A stretch of DNA of 63,346 nt, the filler included, from Rhizaria sp. SCN 62-66 (taxonomy: Eukaryota), in NCBI GenBank assembly GCA_001724265.1. It is 3 parts of 3 records of this genome, joined end to end, with 100 filler letters (N's around TTAATTAATTAA, not from the genome) between each part and the next. Parts side by side here need not be neighbours in the genome. Positions count along the whole stretch, not along the records: positions 22,950 to 47,632 come from MEDY01000436.1; positions 47,733 to 63,346 come from MEDY01000492.1; 1 more part is not named here. The stretch is one strand, 5' to 3'. Under the pieces are notes generated by a model. It searched no databases. It was not told the origin of the DNA and was given only the letters and a program-made list of their open reading frames with translations. Both the position numbers and the translations under genes were made by a program. Below are positions 43,726 through 54,142 of the stretch, piece by piece (position 1 is the first letter of the stretch; each line of letters opens with the position of its first letter).

Positions 43726-46700
43726 ATGAGTGAGTTCCAGCAGCGCTTCCAGGGCCGCATGGCTGTTGTTGGTCGCACTGGTGGCTATGAATCCCACTCA
43801 CAAGCGTACGTTTCGTCCCTATGCACACACCCTCCAAACACACTGCCAACGTTTCGCTTGCAGTGCTCACTTGCTCCCATCCTTCTTGTTTCCTTCGCTT
43901 CAACAGCCCTGCAACTCCTTCACAACGCACCAGCGCCTTGAATTCCCGCCGTTCCTCGAACGCCCGCACCCCTGGCGCAGCAGCAGCGCGCGCAAGCGGC
44001 GGCGCCGCCCCCGCTGCTGCTGGCTTGGGCACCTCTGCCGCCACCGCTGCACAGCCCCCGACGCCGGACCTGGACGCGGGCGCCTTTGCCGGCGACGATG
44101 ACGCCGCCGCGGCCGACGCCGCCGCTATGGTCGCCGCGCTTGCCGACGACGACGACATCGACTCTGACGACGACGGCAACAACGGTGACAACCGTGGGAG
44201 CGCTCAACGCTCTCCTGTCGTCCCCGCTCCCACAGCGACGGCGCCTGCAGCGGCGGTAGCGACGGCACCCCAGCGCGTGCCCAGTACTGCCGCCGCTGCT
44301 GCTGCGGTGCCCGCTCTGCCGCTGGGCGCGATGCTGCCGCGCGCGGCGTCGCTGCTGCCGCGCGCCAACATGCTGATGCAGCCCCAACAGCCTCAGCAAC
44401 CTCCGCCTCCACAGCAGCAGCCGGCTGCTGCCGCGGCGGCGCGTGCTCCTGCCCCCGCTGCGGCCGCGGGCGCGTCGCCTGTTACGTTTTCGTCGTATTT
44501 CTACAGCAACACGTACCAGCAGAACGCGGGCTCCCCGATTGCTCCCCCGCCCGTTCCCGCGCCCGCGCCTGCGCCGGCCGCTGCGCTGCCCCAGCCTCAG
44601 CCGCAGTCCCATCCGCAGCAGCACGCACACGCGCACGCGCAGGCCCAGGCGTACGTGCCCACCGCGGCCGCGACCGCGTCCGCGCCCATGCCGGTCTCAG
44701 TCGCGGATGCCGGCAGTGGCGGCTACAGGCCCGCGTCGCGGCCCGGGTCGCGGGTGCGGCCGCTGGCGGAGGCCGCCGCCGAGGCCGAAGCCTTTGCCGA
44801 CGCTGCCGTCGCCTCTGCGCGCAGGCAGGTCGAGGCGCGCCACACGCCCGATGGCAATAGTAATTACAATCACGCGAACGCCAACGTGTCGGCAGCTCAG
44901 CCCGGGCCCAGCTCTGGCTCTGGCTCTGGCTCTGGTGTGACGCGGTTTAGACGCGCGAGCGGAGCCGCGGCGGCGCAGGCGGTGGCGGACGCGCTCGACG
45001 CCGCCATGTCCGCCAACCACGGTCACGGCCACGGCGGCCACGCTAATGCTGCTGCCCCCCAGGGTGGGTACAGTGCGGGACACGGCGGCGGCGGCGTCGC
45101 GTACGGGGGCTACAACGCCGCGTACAGAGTCGGGGCCGCGGCGCGCGCTACCCCCGTGCCCCAGGTCGCGGTAAACAGCGGTGACGGCGACGACGAGTTT
45201 GCGCACGCCGCGGCCCACGCGGCCGCGACCACCGCCCCCACCCCGGTGCCGGCGCCCGTCGCAGTCACCGCGCAGCCGCGGTCGCGGCCCGCGTCGGGCG
45301 TGCGCGGACTCGCGGCCGCCGGCGCCGCCAGCCTCGCCGCCCCACACGCGTCCGCACACGCGCAGACGAATGCGACTCACCGCGCGACGCCCCCAGTGCA
45401 GCCCATCGTGATCCCCTCTCAGCAGCATCACCAGCAGCCGCAGCAGCAGCAGGGACAGCACTCTGCGCCCCGCGGCCGCAGTGCTGCGCCGCCGCAGCCG
45501 CCGTCGCCGCGGTCTGGCAAGCCGCGGTCGTCGGCGGCCGAGGTTGCTGCGCTCATCGCCGCGCTCGAGCCCGACGCGCACTTTGCCGGCGTCCGCAGTG
45601 CAGATATTAATGTCATCAGCAACGGCGATGCGCACGGCGGTGACGACAGTGCGCGGGCAACCGCAGTGGCGCCGGCCCCCGCTGTGTCCGCGAGCGCGCG
45701 CGTCGAATCCGCCCGCAACACACACACCAGTGCGAGCTCGGTCGGCGTGAATGATGCTGCGGCTGTGACCAGGATCACGGTCGCGAACCCCGCCGCGCTG
45801 CTCGCGCTCTTCGGCCCCGCCGCGCCCGCTGCAGCGCCCGCGTCCGCGACGCCCGTGCCGTCTGTGTCGGCCACGCCCGTGTCGGCGCACCGGGCGGCGG
45901 CGGCGGAGGGTAGCGCGCGCTCACGCTCGCGCTCGCGCAACGGCAACGGCAACGGCGCCAGTCCCGCGGGCGCGGGCGCGGCTAAGTCCGCCGCCAAGCC
46001 TAAGGCCGGCGCAGCGGCAGCCGCGGGCGCCGGGGCGGCTCGCGCGTTCCGCCGCGCGCCCAGTGCCGCGCCCGCGCCGGGGCCCGCGACGGCCAACGGC
46101 AGCGCCTGCGGCGCGGGCTCCTACATGCGCCTCTGGGCGCGCGCAGAGGAGTACCACGGCAACGGCGCGGCCTCTCCCGTCTACGCCGCGCCCGCGGCAG
46201 CGCCTGAGCCCGAGCCTGCGGCTGCAGCTGCGGCGCAGGGCAACGGGAGCAACACGTTCCAGCAGTCCGTGCACGGCGACGGCAGCGGCTACAACAACGG
46301 GGGCTACCCACAGCATATGCAGCAGCAGCAGATGCAGCAGCAGGACCCGTACGGCGTGCAGGGCGCTGCGTATGGCAACTACCCGATGCCGCAACAGCCG
46401 CAACAGCAGCAGGTGCAGTACGGCTACGGCGGTACGCAGGACTACGCCAGCCCGCACACTGCGTACTCCTATCCGCAGCCTCAGCAGCAGCATATGCAGC
46501 CCCAGCAGCAGATGCAGATGCAGACTCCTCTGCAGATGATGCAGGCGGCGCCGATGGGTTATCCGCAGCAGCAACTGCAGCTGCATCAGCAACAGCAGAT
46601 GCTCATCGCGCAACACCAGCAACAACAACAGCAACAACAGCAGCAACAGCAGCAGCAGCAACAGCAGTTCCTGCAGCAACAGATGATGCAGCAGCAACAG

Positions 46701-47632
46701 CAGCAGGAAGAGGAGGCGCGGGGCGCTTTGTCGCCGCAGTCAGCTAAGGCAAGCGCGCCCCGCTACAAGCCCAAGTCGCTCAAGGACTGGCAGGTACGTT
46801 GCGCACGAATAATCAGTACTATACCTCATATTGTTAAATTCAGTATTATAATCTGTATTATTCTTATTTTCCGCGTCTCATTTGCTTTCCCTGTATGGTA
46901 TCTCACTCTCGCTGCCCTTGCTTTAACTCCGCTCATCGTGATCGTTCCCATGCGTAGACGCGCGCTGCGATCGCGCCGCCGCCGACGCTGGGCGCGGACC
47001 TGTTTGCGCCCGCAGTGGTCGAGGCCGCCTCGCGCAGGGACAAGATGCGCGCCTACGCCGGCGACAACAACTCGCGGTACGTCATTGCAGCACTAAGTTA
47101 CAAACACGTGATATGGTATCTTCAAAATCTCGACTCTCTCTATCATTGCTCTTCTCTCACTCCCTCTGTGCTTGATTATCTCTTCTTTTTGTATTCCCCT
47201 CTCATATAGCAACGTCCAACGGCTCGCCCGCGCGCGCGAGCGTGACTTCGCCTCCGTCCCCACCGTCTCATCCTCTGCTTCAGCCCCAGCGACAGCTGCC
47301 GCGTCGGGTGCGAGCGACTCCGAGTCCGCTGCCCCGGCGCGGGACGCCATCCAGCCGACGCCTCGGCCGACTCCACGCGACGCCTCCGCCGCCTCGGCCT
47401 CGGGCGCGGTGCCGACAGGCGCGACGCCCAGCGTGTCCGCGAGCGCGAGCGTGACGGGCAGCGGCGGCAGTCTGCGTGCGCACCCCATCGCCGCGCATCC
47501 GGGCTCACTCGCCGCAAACGCGCTCGCGCGCGCGCCGGGGCCCGCCGTCGCCGCCGGCGGCTACGCACCCGCCGCGGGGGGGGGCGGCGCAGCGGGGGCC
47601 GGCACGGCCGCTGCGGGCGGCGCGGGCGCGGC
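43726..47632 (+). CDS. JHY-like ciliary protein, 4 exons visible, 3' end truncated
   Basis: Exons 43726-43805, 43907-46793, 46958-47076, 47210-47632+. All three introns begin GTACGT, end in YAG and keep frame. The spliced segment RYKPKSLKDWQ-TRAAIAPPPTLGADL...ASRRDKMRAYAGDNNSRN resembles the JHY motif YKPYTLKDY...LGPD...keYa....N (recalled consensus). Confidence 0.7.
46601..46706 (+). repeat. CAG/CAA polyglutamine tract in the JHY-like gene
   Basis: Encodes QHQQQQQQQQQQQQQQQQFLQQQMMQQQQQQ. Confidence 0.9.
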
Positions 47633-47732
47633 NNNNNNNNNNNNNNNNNNNNNNNNNNNNNNNNNNNNNNNNNNNNTTAATTAATTAANNNNNNNNNNNN
47701 NNNNNNNNNNNNNNNNNNNNNNNNNNNNNNNN
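47633..47732. other. Artificial contig-joining linker N44-TTAATTAATTAA-N44
   Basis: Same 100-nt structure as 22850-22949. Confidence 0.97.
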
Positions 47733-47858
47733 GAGGTCGACGATGTCGCCGACGCGGTAGGTGGTCTGGAACTTGGACAGGGCAACAGTGCCGTGAGTGC
47801 CAGCCTCCTTGGAGAACATGGAGCGCGTGCGAGCGCGGTAACCGAACGAGTGAGGCAT
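47733..47858 (-). CDS. RPL21: 60S ribosomal protein L21 (eL21), 5' part, truncated by contig end
   Basis: ATG at 47858 gives MPHSFGYRARTRSMFSKEAGTHGTVALSKFQTTYRVGDIVDL, matching eL21 (S.GYR..TR.MF......HG...LS.....Y.VGDIVD). Confidence 0.95.
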
Positions 47859-48736
47859 ACCCCTACAAGTATCACAAGATAAACAGCAAAATAAGGTGGA
47901 AAAGTGAGAGATGGGCAGCAGAAGGCACGGAGAACGGCAGCCAGGGAAGATCAAAGCAAGGCGGACGAGCTGGCCAGTCTGACGGCATCCTAGCGCGACA
48001 AAGCATGATGCACAGGGCCACAAAACCGCATATACGCAAATCATCGTATAATTTTATAGATTCAACACGACAAAAAAGTGCTTCTTAATAAACGGCAGCG
48101 GTAATTAAGACTCCATTGTAGCGCAAATAGCTCGTCAAAATCGGTCGTCAACCGCGCACACCACGGTCGATCGGCCGGCCAGCCCTTGCCGGCTGGGCAG
48201 GATTTTTAGGAACCACTCAAACTCCCGCCTTGCTTCTTACCAGGACTACAAAACATGATGTTTAACTTAAAATTGCAGAAGTTTTACCTTAAAATTTCCA
48301 TAATCTTAGAAAAGTAATTGAAAGGTACATTTTTTTAAAATTCTTGATGTCTTAACTTGCATAATCATCGAAGATATCGAGGTTTTTCATTCCGCTTCAA
48401 GTGCGTCTTCCTGTGTGACACCTAATTTTGAGCACTCATGCGAGATGCTGCGAAAGGGATTGTCAACCCTGACCGTAGTAACTTGCAAGAGTGCGCTATA
48501 CGTTGACATTGTATGGTTGGACGACGTGAAAAAGTGCCGGCTGCGCTGCCAATGCTTTTCAGTGACTGAGATAAACACTCTTTTGTTTCAAAAATCGTCA
48601 AAAATCGTCTTCTTAGATTTTAATCAGTGTGATATGTATATTTTAAAACAAGTCTGCTTTAACTAATGTAACTATAAGTGCGAAAAAGCGTCATTAATGT
48701 CGCCTAATCAACTAAAGTAGTCCTAAATCAGTCGCC

Positions 48737-50790
48737 TTATCCGCGACCGTGACTCCGTAAGCGAACATTCCCAGGGTTCGAGTAAAACATGCCGTTCGGA
48801 CCATGCTGTGCAAACATCATCGCTTGCATACTCCCAATCTTGTCAGCACGACCGCCGTCGGACTCGCTGTCGCTGTCACTATCGTCGTCGCTATCAGAGT
48901 CCCAGTCAGAGTCCGACACGCCAGAGTCACCAGACTGCTCCTGCTCCTCGCCCTCAGTCTCGGGGTCCCCCCGCGCCGCCGCAGCCGCGGGCATCGCGCC
49001 CATGCCCGGCACGGCAACCGTGGCGGCGCGCATCGCGGCCACGGCGGCGGGCAGCGAGCGCCGCACGGAAACGGCCAGCACCAGCGGCGTCAGCGCCACC
49101 GAGAGGACCTCGAGGAAGAAGAGGTACGTCCGGTGCGGGAAGCAGAACGCCACCTCCTAAAATTGCGTTAGAACAAATACAAAGGTATAGAAGCCAATGA
49201 GTTATAAATAAAATGAAATAAAACATTCAAAATTTAACATATTTTAACTTAGTTCAGTTTCGTAACAATGGGTGCTTATATGAAAGAGGTATGCTTTGAA
49301 ATGTGTTTTGCGTGTAAGTGTTGCGTCGACGACGAACCTTGTAAGTCTCTGCCGAGCCAGGCCGCTGCCCCCACTCGGCGGGCGTCCAGCCAACGGCGCT
49401 GCGCAGGCGGCTCATGGCGGCCGCCGGTGCGAGCCTGTGCACGCCGCCGGGCGGCATGACGGCGCGCGAGAGGGCGAGGACGAAGGAGGCCACGGCCAGG
49501 TGCCACAGCAGGGGCCGACCCAACACCGTCTGCTCGCTCAGCATTGACGCGTCGCCCAGGGTCAGCAGAAGAATTACTCCCGCCGCGGCGCCGGAGATGT
49601 AGGCCGTCGCATGCGACAGGTAGCGCCATGGGGCGGGCGTGAACTGCTCCAGAAAGTGCTCGGCGGCGCCCGCAGCGCGCTGTTTGTGGTGCAATAGCAA
49701 AGAGTGAAATATCACAAGTATACAATTTGAGATATATCAATCATATAACAACATTATGAAATAAAACTAAACGATACGTATTATAGTGTAGCAACTCCAT
49801 TTTCTTTTGCGTGATATAACAACAAGATGATTTCTTCTCTGTTTTCTATCACATCACATCGTCTCACATCCTCTCACGTACCTCGAGGCGGTCCTGCGCC
49901 GTGTGCGGCAGCTCGTTAGTGTTGCCCAGCAGCCAGCGCGCGTGCAGCGTCCACGTGCGCGCGCCCGACGACGACGCGGCGGACTCGCGCGCGCGCACGG
50001 CCCGCTCGCGGCGGGCGCGCGCGTGGGCGCGGTTGCGCGCCGCTGCAGCAGCGGCGACGGCGACGGCGACGGCGCTAGGGTTGGACGCAACAGGGTAGCT
50101 GCGCTGCTGCTGAAACTGCTGCTGCTGTTGCAGCTGTGTTTGATACTGCATTTGTTGCTGTTGCTGCTGCTTTAGAGCGTAGAGTTCGCGCCTGCGCCTG
50201 CGCTTTTCTTTCTTGGCCAACGCGTCGGCCTCCGTCTCCGCAGCATTCGTCGCTGCTGACGCTGAAGCCGACATCTGCTGCTGTTGTTGCTGCTTGCGCT
50301 TCCTGCGGTGCCTGTCGTGCGCGGCACTAGCGCCCGCGCGTGCCGTGGCCGCCGTGGCCGCGGCCGCCGCGCGGTCCTTCTTGCTGCCCAGCCACTCATC
50401 GGCGTTGGTCAGCGCAAACGCCACGGACATGTACACAAGCGTGAACGGCAGCAGCGCGAGGTTTACCACGGCGAGCAGCAGGGCGCGGCGCTGCATCTTG
50501 GCAACGCCGGTGGCCGACACGGCCTCAGGCCGCAGCAGCTTCGTCTCTGGGTCGAACAGCGCGGAGAAGAGCAGCGAACGGATGCTCCACTCCAAGAGGG
50601 CAGACATGTGCACTAGGGTAAGTCGTCGGCCGCGCGCTGATGGTTGCTGCTGTTGGGCGATAGACAACGCAGTTGCAGGGCCCTCAAAGCCGGCGCCGGA
50701 GTCGTTACCGAGGCCGACGGCAACGTGAGTGCGATCGCCCACGGTACCGGTGGTCTGAGGTTGACCGGGGGCGAACGCTAGTGGAACATT

Positions 50791-50823
<33 letters not shown>

Positions 50824-51745
50824 ATGTTGTTGTTGAGGCTGTGCTTGCAACTGGAAATACAGCGGCGCCTGTTGTCCTTGGACCTGTGTCTGAGGCTGCT
50901 GGGACTGTGATGGTTGAGTGAACGTGTACTGGCCAGCGCCAGCAGCAGGAGTGCCGCCACGGTTGATAGACTGGCCTGCGTACATGTTACTCTGTGCATG
51001 CCCGCGCCCGTGACCATGGCCGTGGCTGTAAGACTGGCCGTGGGCGTGAGACTGACCGTGAGAGTGACCGTGGGCAGCTGGTGCGATGGGGGCGAACGCG
51101 GGCACGCCGAACGGCGGGGTCGAGGCCGGCACAAGCGCTGGTGAGAGCGCGGGCGACTCGTCGCGGGAGCCGTAGCCGCGCGCGAACGGGGCGGCCAGAC
51201 CGGCGCCCGCGCCGACAGGACCAGCGCCAGCGCCAGTGTAACTGTTCATGTGACCGTTCGTGGGGGCATGCGTGTTTGCGAGGCCGGCAAAGACGCCGCT
51301 AGCGTTGCTGTATGCGGGCTGACGCTGTTGCGGCTGCGGCTGTTGCGGCGGCTGCTGTTGGTAGTGCTGTTGCTGTTGGTATTGTTGCGTGGCGGGCGGC
51401 AAAAACAGCGGCTGTTTCTCGTGCGACGCAGGGCGCGTTGGCGACGGCAGCGGCGACGGCGACGGGAAACGGACGCTGCCCAAACCAACGCCAGCGCCAG
51501 CGCCAGAGCCAGCGTTGAAGCTCGAGCTAGAGCTTGACCCGGAGGCGAAGGGCTGTGAGGAGCCCGGGGGCAGCGGCGGCGGCGGGAGAGGGCCGTTGTT
51601 GTTGTTGCTGCGACTCTTGCTCGCGTGGCCGTACACAGCGTCAGCGTCCTCCTCCTCTTCTTCCTCCTCATCGGCGGCGTCGTAGTTAGCGTTATTGTTC
51701 GCATAAACTGCATTCTGTTGCTGTTGCTGTAGCTGATACTGCTGC

Positions 51746-51780
<35 letters not shown>

Positions 51781-54110
51781 ATGTTGCTGCTGATGCTGCT
51801 GCGCGGCTGCGTTGGCGGACTGCAACCACACGTTATCGTCCGAGCTGGCCGTCGCGAGCGCCGCGGGCGTCAAGAGCGCCGACGCCGCCAGCGCGCCGGC
51901 GGCGGCGCCGGAGTCGGGGCCGGTGAGGGCGGTGGGGACCAATAGTGCGGAGCCGGGGGCCGAAATGAACATCGAGGCGGGGGAGGCGCCCATGCTGCTG
52001 AGGCCGCCGGCGCCGACGCCGGTGTTGCTGTTGTAAGGGGCGCCGAGGATGCCGCTAATTCGACCACTGACAATAGCGTTCGCAAGAGCACCCTTTGAGC
52101 CTGGTTGCTGCTGATGCTGCTGGAGTTCAGGACTGTGGCTGTTGCTGCAGCTATTGTTGCTGTAGGCGTTCGCATTGTTGTGACCGCTGGTGTCTTCGTA
52201 GTAGTTGTACAGACTGTGCTCAGCGCTCAACGTGCCGGGGGCACTTAGATTGCGGTCAAAGGCATTTAGAGCTCCGGAACTAAGGAGCCCCACAGCGGTG
52301 GCGTGGGGCGCCGCTCTCACAGTCGCAGGCGTCAGCAAGCCTGACGTCACCGCGCCGACGGGCCGAGAGCTGCTTACATTGCTCTGGGGAACAAACTGTG
52401 CGTTGCTAGCAATCCCGTCTAGGCTTGAGTTCGCGTTGTTCTTGTGCAAGCCCGCTGTTAAGGGGACAGGAACGAACATGCCTACATCAGCGTCGGCATC
52501 GGCCTCAGCAGCAGTTCCAGGCTGCGAGTTGGCGGCGCTCCTCGTGACGCTGTTACACTTGGCCTCGGTCGCATAGTTCGCGGCGTTGGTAACAGGAGCG
52601 TCAATGCGCGTAGCCACGGCTGCAGCGACGTTAACGGCTCCGCCGCTCGCGTTGCTGCTGCTGGAGTGGGTGTTGTTAAAAGCAACAGCTGAGGAGGCTT
52701 GAGGCGTCGCCAGTGAGAACGCGAGAGCAGCGTCCTCGGCAGACAGCAGCACTGCGCCCTCTTCATTCGGACCGTGGTTATGGTTAGCGGCCGCGCTATT
52801 GTGTTTGTTGTTAACAATGTTGTTGTTGTTATTGTTGCTCGTATTGTTGTTGTTGTACGGTGTGGAAAGTGTAGGAAGTGACAGAGCCGGGGTCGAGATG
52901 TCGAACGACAAAGACGCGAGCGCCGCTGTGTCAACACTCGCGTAACGCTCATTGTTACTCTCAACAGCAGCGCTGCCGTTGGCGTTGATGTCGTTGCAGT
53001 TGTTGTTAGAGTCGGATGAAAGCGTCACAGCAGACAAACCAGCAGTGCTCACATTGTCATTCCGCTGTTGGTGTTGCTGTTGCTGCATGGAAACAGGCGC
53101 ATTAGTGTCGGCGTCACGCTCTTGCTCTTCGCTCGCATCGCCGTCGTCGTCGTCGTCGTCGTCGTCGTACTCGTGATTCTCATCGTGACTGACCATGCTC
53201 CCGTTGCCCTCAAACGCACCCTGATTCTTACTCCTGTGTTGGTTCTTATTGCGGTCGTGGCCGGACCGAGGCAGCGGCCGCGGGCGCAGCGGCGCCGCCG
53301 CGGCGTCGGTGCTGAGCTCCAGCCCCAGCCCGTCGTCGTCGTTGTCGCCGCGGCCACTGACGCTGCTGTTGCCGTTGCCCGCTGCGTTGTTGCCATTGCC
53401 GGCGATGGTGTTGGCGAGGCTGTGCGTCGCTTGTGCGAGCGCAGTTGTCACGGCGCGCAGGCCGGACCCGACCAAAGCGCGCACGGAGCCCGCGTTCGCG
53501 GCATTGACACCCGCGTCATCGACAGCAACAGCCGTCACAGCGGTTGCGGTCGGAGCAGAGCCAGGACTATGGCTATCAAAGCCGAAGCCAAAGCCGCCGC
53601 CGATGCCGCCGGCGCCGACGCCGCTCAGACCGCCCACAGTCGTCGCCTCAGAGCCCACGGTCGCTGGGGCGCCGCTCTGGGAGGAAAACACAGTCATTTG
53701 CGTACTGCTGCTGCTGAGAATGTGACTGCCGATGTGCGAGCCCGCAGTCGCTTTGTTTGCATTGCCCCCAGTCCGTTTCGTGGTAGCCTTGGTGTGCAGA
53801 GTCCCGATGCCGCCGTCAGCGTCCTCCTCTTCCTCTTCCGCTTCGTCGCCGCCGTCGTCGTTGTCGTCGTCGTAGTAGCTGCGGTAATCGCCGTTGTTGG
53901 TGAGCTGCTGTTGTTTGTTCATGAAGCCGCTGGTCTGCGGCATCACAGCTCCCTTACCGCTGGTCCCATAGTCGAAGTCGTTGTTGTCGTCATCTTCCAC
54001 AAGCCGCTGGTGTTTCCCCCAGTTACTGCCCCTGTGGCCGCCCACGGCGACAGCGCTGCGGCCCTGGCCAAAGCCGACGCCGCGGCTGCGGATGTGGGCC
54101 ATACTCACCC

Positions 54111-54142
<32 letters not shown>

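Noticed and set aside
46794-47096. Hydrophobic C-terminus (IIICIILIFRVSFAFPVWYL) of track ORF 43821..47096 as a transmembrane anchor
   Set aside because: It is translated AT-rich intron (46794-46957). Splicing restores the JHY-like motif.
47733-47858. Assigning the organism to a named lineage
   Set aside because: The MPHSFGYRARTR start of eL21 recalls SAR-group protists, but that is too little evidence. A ribosomal protein or 18S phylogeny is needed.
48387-48578. Short minus-strand ORF (MSTYSALLQVTTVRVDNPF..., 40 codons from its ATG) between RPL21 and ATG9
   Set aside because: Short, with no recognisable motif or coding-type composition. It cannot be supported without expression data.
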